This document shows positions 8,882-18,354 of a stretch of DNA of 64,000 nt, piece after piece. Source of the DNA: Isoptericola halotolerans (GTDB lineage Bacteria > Actinomycetota > Actinomycetes > Actinomycetales > Cellulomonadaceae); NCBI RefSeq assembly GCF_013149785.1, contig NZ_JABEZU010000002.1, positions 62,001 to 126,000 of the forward strand, written 5' to 3'. The stretch's first letter is position 1; every line of letters begins with the position of its first letter. The notes under the pieces are model-generated. The model saw only the letters and a program-made list of their open reading frames with translations. It was not told the DNA's origin and ran no database searches. The position numbers were made by a program, and so were the translations under genes.

Positions 8882-10711
8882 TCAGCTCTCCTGCAGGCGG
8901 CGACGCACGACGAACAGCGTCACACCGCCGGCGATCAGCAGGAGCGCCACGACGGCCGCGATCCCGACGGTCGCGCCCGTGAGGGCGAGCTCGTCCTCCG
9001 CCGCGACCTCCTGGGCACGCACGGTGTCGTCGTCCTCGGGGATGTCCACGACGGTCTGGGCGGCCGGGCCACGGACGTTGTCCGGAGCGTCGGCGCAGTC
9101 CTCGGAGGCCGCCGGGTAGTCCACGATCGTGGAGTAGTCCGGGTTCACCTCGAAGAGGACCTGGACGGCCTCGCGCGTCCACGCGAAGTTGTCGTCGGTC
9201 TCGACGTAGGAGCCGTCCTCGAGCTGCTCCCAGCCCGGCCACTGCAGCGGCTCGGTGGCCGAGGCGCCCGGCCAGAGCAGACGACCCTCCAGCGGGAGGT
9301 CGGTGGTGACGTGGTTCTCACCGTCCGGGTTGAGGAACGAGATCGTCAGCGGGTTGTCGCTGTCCGCCTCGGCACCCTCCGGCAGGATGACCTCGTAGGC
9401 GAGGTACGGCGAGCCGCTCTCGCACACCGCGTTGATGTCACCGGGGGTCAGCTCGGCGGCAGGCTCCTCGGTCGCGCACGGCTCGTCGGTGAAGGTGGCC
9501 TCGCTCACCGGGTAGAGAGCCGTCCCGTCTTCCTGCAGCGTGTACTCCGCAGGCAGCTCACCGAGCGTGTTGCCTTCGGTGGCGGTGGCGAGGACGCCCT
9601 CCGAGACCTTCTCGTAGGTGACCTCGTCGGTGTTCTCGGGCAGCTCGACGTCGTCGTTCTCGGTGCCGCACAGGTCCACGACGGTCGGCACGTCGGGTGT
9701 CACGACGACCGGCTCCGACTCGCAGAGCTCGCCGGTGAAGTCGAAGGTCCACTCGAGCGCGGTGCCCTCGGCGGGCACGACGCCCTCGGCCGGGACAGCG
9801 GTGACCGTCACGCTGGTGCGGTCCTCGGTCCACACCTCGGTGTAGGTCGCGAGGTCGGTCGCCGGCAGGGTGACGGTGTTCTCGACCTCGCAGTCCTCGA
9901 CGAACGAGGGCGCGGGGATGGCGACGGGCTCCGGCGTCTCCGGCTCCTCGGGGTCCGGCGGCGTCTCCTCGGAGCACGCGGGCAGGTACTTGCTCAGCTC
10001 GGAGTGCTCGGCCTTCCTGAGGTCCTTGAACAGCGGGCCGTGGGGGTACGTGATGTGAACGTAGTCCGACCACTTGAAGCCCCAGTGGATGCCCACCGTG
10101 TCCTGCTGGACACCCCAGGCCTCGCAGACGTCGGCCGGCAGCAGGCTCTCGTCGAAGTGCTTCCCCGGGAACTCTTCCGGGAGCGTCGTCCAGAACTCGT
10201 CGCCGTCCCGCGTCGCGATGAGCGTCTGCTTGCCCGAGTTCTTCCAGGCGGCATCCTCGTTCGGGTCCAGCTTCGGGTAGACGTAGAACGCCGTCTCGAT
10301 CTTCCGCTCGGGGGCCGAGCAGGCCTTGGTCGTGCCGCGGTCCGTGAAGTCGAACTCGGTGCCGTTGTCACCGTCCCAGGCGTCTACCGTGACGGTCCAC
10401 TCGTTCGACCGGGTCGGGTCGAGCTTTATCGTCTTCTTGAAGGAGTGGCCGAAGGTCTGCGAGACCTGCTTGGCCCCGTTGACCTCGACAGTCACCTTGT
10501 TGACCTTGGGCCCGTGGCCGTGGCCGTTGCCCTTGCCCTTGCCGATGCCCTTGCCAGGGCCGTAGCTCGTTGCGTAGTGCTGCAGGTCGACAGTCAGGCT
10601 CTTGCAGGTCGCGCTGACCTTCGGCGTGTGCGCGGAGGCCGGCATCGCGGTGGCGACGAGCCCTCCGAGTGCGAGCGCGGCCGTGGCGACGCTCGCGAGG
10701 ATTCTCTTCAC
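8882..10711 (-). CDS. Secreted, sortase-anchored acidic surface protein (LAxTG signal)
   Basis: Signal peptide MKRILASVATAALA...ASA; C-terminal ELALTG, TM helix and RRR tail; Cys-bounded acidic repeats; WPG/WPGW domain. Confidence 0.85.
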   Translation of the reverse strand: MKRILASVATAALALGGLVATAMPASAHTPKVSATCKSLTVDLQHYATSYGPGKGIGKGKGNGHGHGPKVNKVTVEVNGAKQVSQTFGHSFKKTIKLDPTRSNEWTVTVDAWDGDNGTEFDFTDRGTTKACSAPERKIETAFYVYPKLDPNEDAAWKNSGKQTLIATRDGDEFWTTLPEEFPGKHFDESLLPADVCEAWGVQQDTVGIHWGFKWSDYVHITYPHGPLFKDLRKAEHSELSKYLPACSEETPPDPEEPETPEPVAIPAPSFVEDCEVENTVTLPATDLATYTEVWTEDRTSVTVTAVPAEGVVPAEGTALEWTFDFTGELCESEPVVVTPDVPTVVDLCGTENDDVELPENTDEVTYEKVSEGVLATATEGNTLGELPAEYTLQEDGTALYPVSEATFTDEPCATEEPAAELTPGDINAVCESGSPYLAYEVILPEGAEADSDNPLTISFLNPDGENHVTTDLPLEGRLLWPGASATEPLQWPGWEQLEDGSYVETDDNFAWTREAVQVLFEVNPDYSTIVDYPAASEDCADAPDNVRGPAAQTVVDIPEDDDTVRAQEVAAEDELALTGATVGIAAVVALLLIAGGVTLFVVRRRLQES

Positions 10712-10901
10712 GGCTGTGTGATCCCTTCACAGGTGGGTGGCGAGTGCGGGACACTCGGCAGGCAGGAAACGGGGATGGATGCTATTAGAGCATCATGTCC
10801 GTGTCGGACGGAAGATCCGACGAGGGTGAATTGTCCGGAGCAAGCATGCGGCGGACGATCAGCGAGGCCCTCGGCAGGCGGGCCCTCGGTAGCCTGGACG
10901 G

Positions 10902-11435
10902 GTGCAGCACCCCGCCGACCAGGACCCCGCCGCTCCGTTCCCCCCGGACACCCTCGGGGAGCGCCGCGCGGTGTGGGACGGCCTGATGGGCATCGCGCTC
11001 GACGAGGCGCGCCACGCGACCGCGACCGACGACGTGCCGGTGGGCGCCGTCGTCGTCGGACCGGACGGGCAGCTGCTCGGCACGGGCCGCAACCGTCGCG
11101 AGGAGACGGGCGACCCCACCGCGCACGCCGAGGTCCTGGCGTTGCGCGAGGCGGCAGGTCGGCGCGGCGGCTGGCGGCTCGACGGGTGCACCCTCGTCGT
11201 CACCCTCGAACCGTGCGTCATGTGCGCCGGTGCGCTCGTCGCGGCCCGGGTCGACCGGCTGGTGCTGGGCGCCTGGGACCCGAAGGCGGGAGCCACGGGG
11301 TCGGTCTGGGACATGGTCCGCGACCAGCGGGCGCTGCACGAGGTCGAGGTGATCGCCGACGTGCGCGCCGACGAGTGCGCGGGGGTGCTGCGTGCCTTCT
11401 TCGCCTCCCGGCGCCGAGCGACGGACGAAGAGTAG
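10902..11435 (+). CDS. tadA: tRNA adenosine(34) deaminase
   Basis: DVPVGAVVV, DPTAHAE, TLEPCVMCAGA, DPKAGA; TAGCCT -10 just upstream of the GTG. Confidence 0.9.
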   Translation: MQHPADQDPAAPFPPDTLGERRAVWDGLMGIALDEARHATATDDVPVGAVVVGPDGQLLGTGRNRREETGDPTAHAEVLALREAAGRRGGWRLDGCTLVVTLEPCVMCAGALVAARVDRLVLGAWDPKAGATGSVWDMVRDQRALHEVEVIADVRADECAGVLRAFFASRRRATDEE

Positions 11436-11447
11436 GGGAACCCCTAC
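11432..11447. promoter_or_regulatory. 7-2-7 inverted repeat, putative NarL/LuxR-type response-regulator site
   Basis: GTAGGGG-AA-CCCCTAC upstream of the TAGTGT -10 (11494-11499) of the two-component operon. Confidence 0.45.
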
Positions 11448-11506
11448 CTCAGGCCCGTGGGTGAGCCACATCCCGCCCGGAGGCGCGTCTCCGTAGTGTC
11501 GGTGTC

Positions 11507-12913
11507 ATGACCAGCACCGAGCCAGCAGCGACACCAGGATCGCGCCTGGTCGCTCCCGCGCTGACGACCCACCGAGGGTTCTTCCGCGCCCCTGTCGCCG
11601 GGGCCACGTACCGCGGCCTCGCCCAGGTCACCGTCGGCTGGCTCTGGTCGCTGTCGGCCGGCCTGGTGGTCGTGGTCGTCGTGGTCACGGCGGCCGCCCT
11701 GGTGCCCGTCCTCGGGCTCGGCGTCCTGCTGCTGCCGTGGGCCCTCGCCCTGGCGCGTGGGTTCGCGGCCGTCGAGCGCCACCGCCTCGCCGCCCAGACC
11801 GGCGTCGTCGTCCCGGCGCCGGTGCCGGCGCCGGCACCGGCACCGCCCTGGTCGTCCGTTCGGCAGGCCCTCGCCCGACTGTGGGCGGCCGCCACCGACC
11901 CCGCGGGCTGGCGTGCCACCGCCTACGCGCTCGTGTCCCTGGTGCTGCAGAGCCTGTACCTGGCCTTCGTCGTCGGGCTGGCCGGGGGGACGCTCGGTGG
12001 CCTCGTGCTCGCGGCCCGGCTCCTGGCGACGGACGGCCGCAGCTGGCCGGTCGCTGCGGCGACGGCGGCCCTCGTCGTCCTCGCCGCGGTCGTCGCCCTC
12101 TGGTTCGCGGCCTGCTGCGCCCAGGCGGGCACCCTGACGACGCTGCGGCTCGCCCGGGCGCTGCTCGGTCCGTCCGCCGCCGCCGAGGCGCGGGCCGCGC
12201 AACGCGCCGCCGAGGCGGAGGCCCGCGTCGCCGAGTCGGCGGCCGTCGCCGCGACAGAACGTGCCGACATCCTCACCGAGACCCGAGCCGCCGCCCTCGA
12301 GGCCGCCGACTCCGAGCGGCGCCGCATCGAACGGGACCTGCACGACGGCGCCCAGCAGCGCCTCGTCGCCCTCGGCGTCACGATCGGTACGGCCCTGCGC
12401 GTCGCCGAGCGTGACCCGGCCGCCGCCGTCGGCGCCCTCGAGCACGCGCACACCGAGGTCAAGGAGACGCTCGCCGAGCTGCGCGACCTCGTCCGCGGCA
12501 TCCACCCGGCCGTGCTGTCCGACCGCGGGCTCGACGCGGCGCTGTCGGCGCTCGCGGCCCGCAGCCCGGTGCCGGTCAGGGTCGAGGCCTCCGGGCTCGA
12601 CGCCGCGGGGACGACGGCGCAGGCCGCCGCCTACTTCGTGGTCGCCGAGGCGCTGACGAACGTCGCCAAGCACGCCGGGGCGTCCCGCGCGACCGTCCGT
12701 GCCGCCGTCGTCGCCCACGACGACCCTGCCGACACCGGACCCGTGCTGCGCGTCGAGGTGACCGACGACGGCCGTGGCGGCGCCGGCACCGCCCCCGGTG
12801 GCGGGCTCGCCGGCCTGCGTGGGCGGGTCGCCGCCCTGGACGGCACCTTCGACCTGACCAGCCCGGCCGACGCTGGTACCCGACTCATCGTGGAGCTCCC
12901 GTGCGCATCGTGA
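11507..12913 (+). CDS. Membrane sensor histidine kinase (HisKA_3 type)
   Basis: N-terminal TM helices; ERRRIERDLHDGAQQ H-box; EALTNVAKHA, DDGRGG, GLAGLRGRV. Confidence 0.92.
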   Translation: MTSTEPAATPGSRLVAPALTTHRGFFRAPVAGATYRGLAQVTVGWLWSLSAGLVVVVVVVTAAALVPVLGLGVLLLPWALALARGFAAVERHRLAAQTGVVVPAPVPAPAPAPPWSSVRQALARLWAAATDPAGWRATAYALVSLVLQSLYLAFVVGLAGGTLGGLVLAARLLATDGRSWPVAAATAALVVLAAVVALWFAACCAQAGTLTTLRLARALLGPSAAAEARAAQRAAEAEARVAESAAVAATERADILTETRAAALEAADSERRRIERDLHDGAQQRLVALGVTIGTALRVAERDPAAAVGALEHAHTEVKETLAELRDLVRGIHPAVLSDRGLDAALSALAARSPVPVRVEASGLDAAGTTAQAAAYFVVAEALTNVAKHAGASRATVRAAVVAHDDPADTGPVLRVEVTDDGRGGAGTAPGGGLAGLRGRVAALDGTFDLTSPADAGTRLIVELPCAS

Positions 12914-13560
12914 TCGCCGAGGACTCGGTCCTCCTGCTCGACGGCCTCACCCGGCTGCTCCAGGCGGAGGGCCACGACGTCACCGGGCACCGCACCGCGC
13001 TGGAGATGGTCGCCGCCCTGACGACGGCGGGCGCGACGCTGCCGGAGCTGCTCGTCACCGACGTGCGCATGCCGCCGTCGCACACCGACGAGGGGCTGCG
13101 TGCCGCCGTGCACCTGCGCAGCCTGCACCCGGAGCTGCCGGTCCTGGTGCTCTCGCAGTACGTGGAGCAGCGGTACGCCGCCGAGCTGTTCGCCCGGGGG
13201 ACCCGCGGGCTGGGCTACGTCCTCAAGGACCGGGTGGCCGACGTCGACGAGTTCCTCGACGCCGTCGCCCGGGTGGCCGGCGGCGGCACCGTGCTCGACC
13301 CGGAGGTCGTCTCCCAGGTGCTGGCCCGTTCTCGCCACGACCTCGCCGACCTCACCCCGCGCGAGCGCGAGGTGCTCGCCCTGATGGCCGAGGGGCGCTC
13401 CAACGCCGCGATCGCGGACCGGCTCGTCGTCGGACCCGCGGCCGTGGAGAAGCACGTGACCAACATCCTCACGAAGCTGGGGCTGCCGCCCGACGCCGAC
13501 GCCCACCGTCGCGTCCTGGCCGTGCTGCGTTGGCTCGACCTGAACGGAGACCTGCGATGA
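12901..13560 (+). CDS. NarL/LuxR-family response regulator
   Basis: RIVIAEDS, TDVRMPP, LTPREREVLALMAEGRSNAAIA. Confidence 0.93.
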   Translation: MRIVIAEDSVLLLDGLTRLLQAEGHDVTGHRTALEMVAALTTAGATLPELLVTDVRMPPSHTDEGLRAAVHLRSLHPELPVLVLSQYVEQRYAAELFARGTRGLGYVLKDRVADVDEFLDAVARVAGGGTVLDPEVVSQVLARSRHDLADLTPREREVLALMAEGRSNAAIADRLVVGPAAVEKHVTNILTKLGLPPDADAHRRVLAVLRWLDLNGDLR

Positions 13561-14570
13561 CCACCTCGACCCCGGGGCCCGCCCCCGAACCGACGACCTA
13601 CCCGGGCCCGCCGACGGATCCCCACCCGGCGCCGGGACCGCCGTCGGACCCGCGCCGCAGCCCGGCGGGGCGCGCACTGCTCGTCGTCGGCCTCGTCCTC
13701 GGTGGGCTGCTGGTCGCCTGGGGTGCGCTGCACCTGGTCGACCGGGCGCTGTCCTCGACCACGACCACCCGGGAGGACTACGACGCCGCGGCGAGCCTCG
13801 AGCTCGTCACCGACGGCGAGATCGACGTCCGTGCCGAGGACGGCGCCACCGGGGTCGACGTGGAGGTCGTGGCCCGCCGCGGGCTCGTCGCGCCGAGCTA
13901 CGCCGTGGACGAGGTCGACGGAGGCCTGGTGCTCACCCACAGGTGCCCGTCCTGGGCCTGGTTCTCGTGGGTGTGCTCGGGCGAGCTGCGCGCGGTGGTC
14001 CCGCCGGACACCGACGTGGTGGCGCGGGCGTCGAACGGGGACGTCCGGGCGTCCGGGCTCGACGGTGGTGCCGAGCTGAGGTCGGCGAACGGTGCGGTCT
14101 TCGCTGCGGTGATCGGTGGCGACCTGGTGGCGCGGTCGAGCAACGGGGACGTGGTCGTCCACGACGTCGCCGGCGACCTGGAGGCCCGGTCCGCCAACGG
14201 TGCGCTGGAGCTGGCGCGGGTCGGGGGGCGGGTGACGGCGACCACCGGCAACGGCGGCGTCCAGGTCTCGGACGCCGGCGGGTTCGTGACCGCCCGGTCG
14301 AGCAACGGGTCGGTGTCCGTGACGACCGCCGGCGGCGACGTCGAGGCGCGCACGGCCAACGGGAGGGTGGACGTGGCCGGGGCAGCCGGTGACGTGCTGG
14401 CACGGTCGAGCAACGGTGCGGTGACCGTCATCGGTGACGGGGAGCCGGTGGCGCTGACGATCGGCACGTCGAACGGGCGCGAGACCGTCGAGGGGCTGAC
14501 CGACCCGGGTGCCCCGAGGACGGTGGAGATCCGCAGCTCGAACGGGGACGTGGCCTACCTGGCCCCGTGA
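13557..14570 (+). CDS. DUF4097-like beta-strand repeat membrane protein
   Basis: One TM helix followed by many (A/S)RSSNG-type repeats; ATGA overlap with the regulator. Confidence 0.82.
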   Translation: MTTSTPGPAPEPTTYPGPPTDPHPAPGPPSDPRRSPAGRALLVVGLVLGGLLVAWGALHLVDRALSSTTTTREDYDAAASLELVTDGEIDVRAEDGATGVDVEVVARRGLVAPSYAVDEVDGGLVLTHRCPSWAWFSWVCSGELRAVVPPDTDVVARASNGDVRASGLDGGAELRSANGAVFAAVIGGDLVARSSNGDVVVHDVAGDLEARSANGALELARVGGRVTATTGNGGVQVSDAGGFVTARSSNGSVSVTTAGGDVEARTANGRVDVAGAAGDVLARSSNGAVTVIGDGEPVALTIGTSNGRETVEGLTDPGAPRTVEIRSSNGDVAYLAP

Positions 14571-14583
14571 CCGGTCCGTTCCG

Positions 14584-14655
14584 GCTCCGGTCGGCACGTC
14601 CGGCTCCGATCGGCCCCTCGAGCTGCCGACCGGAGCCGGAGGTGCCGACCGGAGC
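14584..14655. repeat. 31-bp-arm imperfect inverted repeat built from tandem units, between convergent genes
   Basis: GCTCCGGTCGGCACGTCCGGCTCCGATCGGC / GCCGACCGGAGCCGGAGGTGCCGACCGGAGC (2 mismatches). Confidence 0.75.
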
Positions 14656-16164
14656 TCAGAGCTGCGGGATGTGCAGGTCGTAGACCTCGCGCAGCGCGTG
14701 CCGGGCCGCGTACCAGCCGCCCATGCCGTGCACGCCCGGCCCCGGCGGCACGGACGCGGAGCACAGGTAGACGCCGCCGCCCTGCCGGAACGGGTTCGGG
14801 TGGGCGGTCGGGCGCGCGATCATCCGCCACAGCGTGACCCGCCCGCCGGCGATGTCGCCGTCGGCCAGGTTCGCGTTGTGGCCGACCAGCCGGGCGGCCG
14901 GCGTGCACCGCGAGGCGACGACGACGTCCCGCACCCCCGGCGCGAAGCGTTCGACCTGGTCCAGCACGTCGTCCGTGACGTCGCGGGTGGAGCCGGCCGG
15001 GACGTGCGCGTACGTCCACAGCGGGCGCAGCCCTCCCGAGGCCCGCGAGGGGTCGACGACGGTGGGGTCGCTGACCAGGCACATCGGGCGCTCGGCGTGC
15101 TCGCCCGCGGCCACGGTGGCCTCGGCGCGGGCCATCTCCACGCGGGTCCCGCCGACGTGGACGGTCCCGGCGCGGCCCACCTCCGGCTCCGTCCACGGCA
15201 CCGGACCGGAGAGCACGAGGTCCACCTTGGCTGCCGCGTCCCCGCGCCCGACGCCGGCCAGCCCCCGGCGCCGGGACGGCGGCAGGTCGTCGCCCAGCAC
15301 GTCGAGCAGGATGCTCGGGGACGTGTCGAACACGTAGGTCGCGGCGTGGGGGAGGTCGGCCCGGGAGCGGACGGGATGGTCGGTGACCACGGTCCCGCCG
15401 TGCGCCTCCAGGTCGGCACGCAGCGCGGCCACGATGGCGCCCGACCCGCCACGGGGGATCGGCCAGCCGCCGGCGAGTGCGCCGACGTGGCCCGTGCCCG
15501 TCGCACCCGGGGGCCCGGACGACGGCGTCGCGTGCGCGAGCGTGCCCAGCAGCAGCGCGGTGCCGGCCGCCCCGAGCGACGGCAGCGGGGCGATGGCGTG
15601 CGCGGCGACCCCGGTCAGCAGTGCCGCCGCCTCCTCGGTACGGAACCGCCGCCCCCACAGGTCCGTGCCCTGCTCGAGCACCGCGAGGCCGAACCGGCCG
15701 GCCGCGACGAGGCCGCCGGCGTCGACCCCGGAGGGCCACGAGCGCTTGTCGCTCATCCCGACGGAGACCACCGCCCGCCAGCGTTCGACGAGAGGGCCGA
15801 GCAGTGACCGCCAGGCGCCGCCGTCGAGCCCGAGGCGGTCGGCCGTGCGGTCGAGGTCGTGGTACGCGATCCCCGCACGCCCGCCGGGCAGGGGCTGGGC
15901 GTAGGAGATCTCAGGGGTGAGCAGCTCGACGCCGTGGGCCGGCAGGTCGAGGGCGCGCAGCACCGGCGAGGCCCACGCCATGGGGTGCACGGCCGAGCAG
16001 ACGTCGTGCTCGACCCCGTCGGCCAGGCCGAGGTCGAGGGTGCGGGCCCCTCCGCCCACGGTCGGCTGCGCCTCCAGGACCGTGACGTCCAGGCCCGCGC
16101 GGGCGAGCGTCACGGCGGCGACGAGCCCGTTGGGCCCTGATCCGACCACCACGGCGTCCAGCAT
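14656..16164 (-). CDS. FAD-dependent oxidoreductase, phytoene desaturase family
   Basis: VVVGSGPNGL dinucleotide motif, DVCSAVHP, YLCSASVPPGPGVHGMGG. Confidence 0.88.
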   Translation of the reverse strand: MLDAVVVGSGPNGLVAAVTLARAGLDVTVLEAQPTVGGGARTLDLGLADGVEHDVCSAVHPMAWASPVLRALDLPAHGVELLTPEISYAQPLPGGRAGIAYHDLDRTADRLGLDGGAWRSLLGPLVERWRAVVSVGMSDKRSWPSGVDAGGLVAAGRFGLAVLEQGTDLWGRRFRTEEAAALLTGVAAHAIAPLPSLGAAGTALLLGTLAHATPSSGPPGATGTGHVGALAGGWPIPRGGSGAIVAALRADLEAHGGTVVTDHPVRSRADLPHAATYVFDTSPSILLDVLGDDLPPSRRRGLAGVGRGDAAAKVDLVLSGPVPWTEPEVGRAGTVHVGGTRVEMARAEATVAAGEHAERPMCLVSDPTVVDPSRASGGLRPLWTYAHVPAGSTRDVTDDVLDQVERFAPGVRDVVVASRCTPAARLVGHNANLADGDIAGGRVTLWRMIARPTAHPNPFRQGGGVYLCSASVPPGPGVHGMGGWYAARHALREVYDLHIPQL

Positions 16165-16173
16165 GTCCGCAGC

Positions 16174-18351
16174 CTACGGCTCGGTCCCGAGCGCCGCGCG
16201 GACAGCGCTCGTCACCTCGGGCGCCAGCGTCCGGGCGAACGTCGCGGTGAGGTGCCCGTGGTCGAAGTACGCCGTGACGCCGCCGATCACCGGGTGGCAG
16301 ATCTCGTCGCACATGAGGTGGTCGACGCTCGTCACGGAGACCAGACCGGTCGTGTCGGCGCTCGCGGCCTCGGCCAGGGGGTCCGGCTCGAGCGCGACCT
16401 CGGTCGGGGCACCGCACGCGTCCGGGTCGTAGGCGAGCTGGACGAGGCACTCGGGCACGTTGCGGGGCATCGCCGGCGTGTCGCGCAGCACGAGCACCGG
16501 GACACCGGCGTCGGTGAACGCCGCGAGGGTCTCGCGATAAGCGTCCTCGGCGGCAGCCCCCTGATCCTGCTCGGCGACGCCCGCCAACGGCTGATGGGTC
16601 CGGTTCGACATGACCACCAGGTCGTAGCCGCCGGTCACGACGCTGTCCACGGCCCACGCGTTGGTGGCCCGGCAGGCCCCGGTGACGCCGGCACCTGGCA
16701 GCTCGATCGGCGCGTCCACGGTGTAGCAGACGGACTGCAGGTAGGTGTCGATCTGCCAGTCGTCCGCGACGATCCCCTCCTCGAGGGCAGGGACCCAGTG
16801 CCCGGCGTGCGAGTTCCCCACCAGCGCGATGCGCTCCGCCGGTCCGTCGGGTCCGTCGCCGCCGTAGGTGCACGTGGTGCGGGTCGTGAACGGCGAGTCG
16901 TTCCAGCAGTCGTCCGCGTACACGACAGGTCGGTCCTGCGCGGCCGCGGTGGGTGGCAGGACGAGCCCCGGGTCCGCGCACGCCGGGTCGCGCACCACCG
17001 CGGCGCCGAGGCACGGTGCGGCCTGTGCGACGGCGGCGCGCGAGTCCGCGACGGCGTCCTGCTCGGCGGCGCTCGCCCGGTCCCGGACGCCGACGGCGGC
17101 ACCTGCGACGACCGCGACGCACAGCCCGAGCATCGCGAACGTCGCCCCGAGCCGACGGGTGAGCAGCGGGTGGAACCGCAGGCGCTCCTCGACGTACCGC
17201 TGGGACAGCCACGACAGGAGCAGGGTGACCACGAGGACTCCCAGCATGCCGGCCGCGCCGAGGTCGCGGCCCAGCGCGAACGGGGCGATGACGACCAGCG
17301 GCCAGTGCCACAGGTACACCGAGTAGGAGGTGTCGCCGAGCCACTGGACCGGACGCCACCGCAGGGCCCCGCCCGGTCCGCCGCGCAGCCGGTCGGCGTC
17401 CGCGAGGATGACCAGCAGTGCGCCGACGGTCGGCAGCAGGGCGGTGTACCCGGGGAACGCGGTCCCGGCGTCGAAGGTGAGGACGGCGGCCACGATCATG
17501 GCCAGCCCTGCCCAGGCCGTGGCCGCACGCAGTCCCGGGTGCGAGCGCACGGTGCCCGGTTCGGCGCCCACCTGCTGCGCCGGACCCGTCGCCGCCGCCG
17601 GACCGGCGCTCGTGCCCTGCCCGACGCCGGCCGCGACGAGGACCCGTGCGGGACGTGTCGCGCGCAGCGCGAGGAGGGCGGCGAGCAGGCCGCCCAGCGC
17701 GAGCTCCCAGAACCGGGTCGTCGACACGAAGTAGGCAGCGGCAGGCTCGGCCCACGTCATCCACACCGACCAGCCGAGCGAGGTGGCCACGACCGTACCC
17801 GTCAGGGCGACCGCCAGCGCCGCCGTCGTGCGCTCGGAGCCGTGCCGGCGCCGCGCCTGGAGCCCCACCCAGGCGACCGCCGTGAACAGCAGCGGCCACA
17901 CCACGTAGAACTGCTCCTCGATCGACAGCGACCAGTAGTGCTGCACGGGCGAGTGCAGCTCGTCGGTGGCCAGGTAGTCCGTCTCGGACCGCGCCAGCGC
18001 CCAGTTCTCGACGTACAGCGCCGAGGCGAGCACCTCGCGGCCGACCGTGACGAGCGTCGTGGTGGGCAGCCAGAGCGCCGACGCTCCCAGCGTGACCAGC
18101 AGCACGAGGCTCGCGGCCGGGATGAGCCGCCGCACCCGCCGCGCCCAGAAGCCCAGCAGGTCGCGGCCGCTACGGATCGGGCGGCGCAGCAGGTGGCTGG
18201 TGATGAGGAACCCGGACACGACGAAGAACACGTCCACCCCGACGTAGCCGCCGGTGACCGAGGTGGGCCACAGGTGGAAGCCGAGGACCGCGGCGACGGC
18301 GAGGGCGCGCAGGCCCTGGATGTCTGTCCGCGGGGAGGACGGTGCTGGCAC
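16174..18351 (-). CDS. Acyltransferase-3 plus SGNH domain O-acyltransferase (OafA/OatA-like)
   Basis: RTDIQGLRA, GVDVFFVVSGFLIT, HYWSLSIEEQFY, SYSVYLWHWP; SGNH motifs GNSHA and DHGH. Confidence 0.9.
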   Translation of the reverse strand: MPAPSSPRTDIQGLRALAVAAVLGFHLWPTSVTGGYVGVDVFFVVSGFLITSHLLRRPIRSGRDLLGFWARRVRRLIPAASLVLLVTLGASALWLPTTTLVTVGREVLASALYVENWALARSETDYLATDELHSPVQHYWSLSIEEQFYVVWPLLFTAVAWVGLQARRRHGSERTTAALAVALTGTVVATSLGWSVWMTWAEPAAAYFVSTTRFWELALGGLLAALLALRATRPARVLVAAGVGQGTSAGPAAATGPAQQVGAEPGTVRSHPGLRAATAWAGLAMIVAAVLTFDAGTAFPGYTALLPTVGALLVILADADRLRGGPGGALRWRPVQWLGDTSYSVYLWHWPLVVIAPFALGRDLGAAGMLGVLVVTLLLSWLSQRYVEERLRFHPLLTRRLGATFAMLGLCVAVVAGAAVGVRDRASAAEQDAVADSRAAVAQAAPCLGAAVVRDPACADPGLVLPPTAAAQDRPVVYADDCWNDSPFTTRTTCTYGGDGPDGPAERIALVGNSHAGHWVPALEEGIVADDWQIDTYLQSVCYTVDAPIELPGAGVTGACRATNAWAVDSVVTGGYDLVVMSNRTHQPLAGVAEQDQGAAAEDAYRETLAAFTDAGVPVLVLRDTPAMPRNVPECLVQLAYDPDACGAPTEVALEPDPLAEAASADTTGLVSVTSVDHLMCDEICHPVIGGVTAYFDHGHLTATFARTLAPEVTSAVRAALGTEP

Positions 18352-18354
18352 GCG

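Noticed and set aside
14656..16164. Carotenoid biosynthesis (crtI) cluster
   Set aside because: No crtB/crtE neighbours; the sequence fits the broad uncharacterised desaturase-like family
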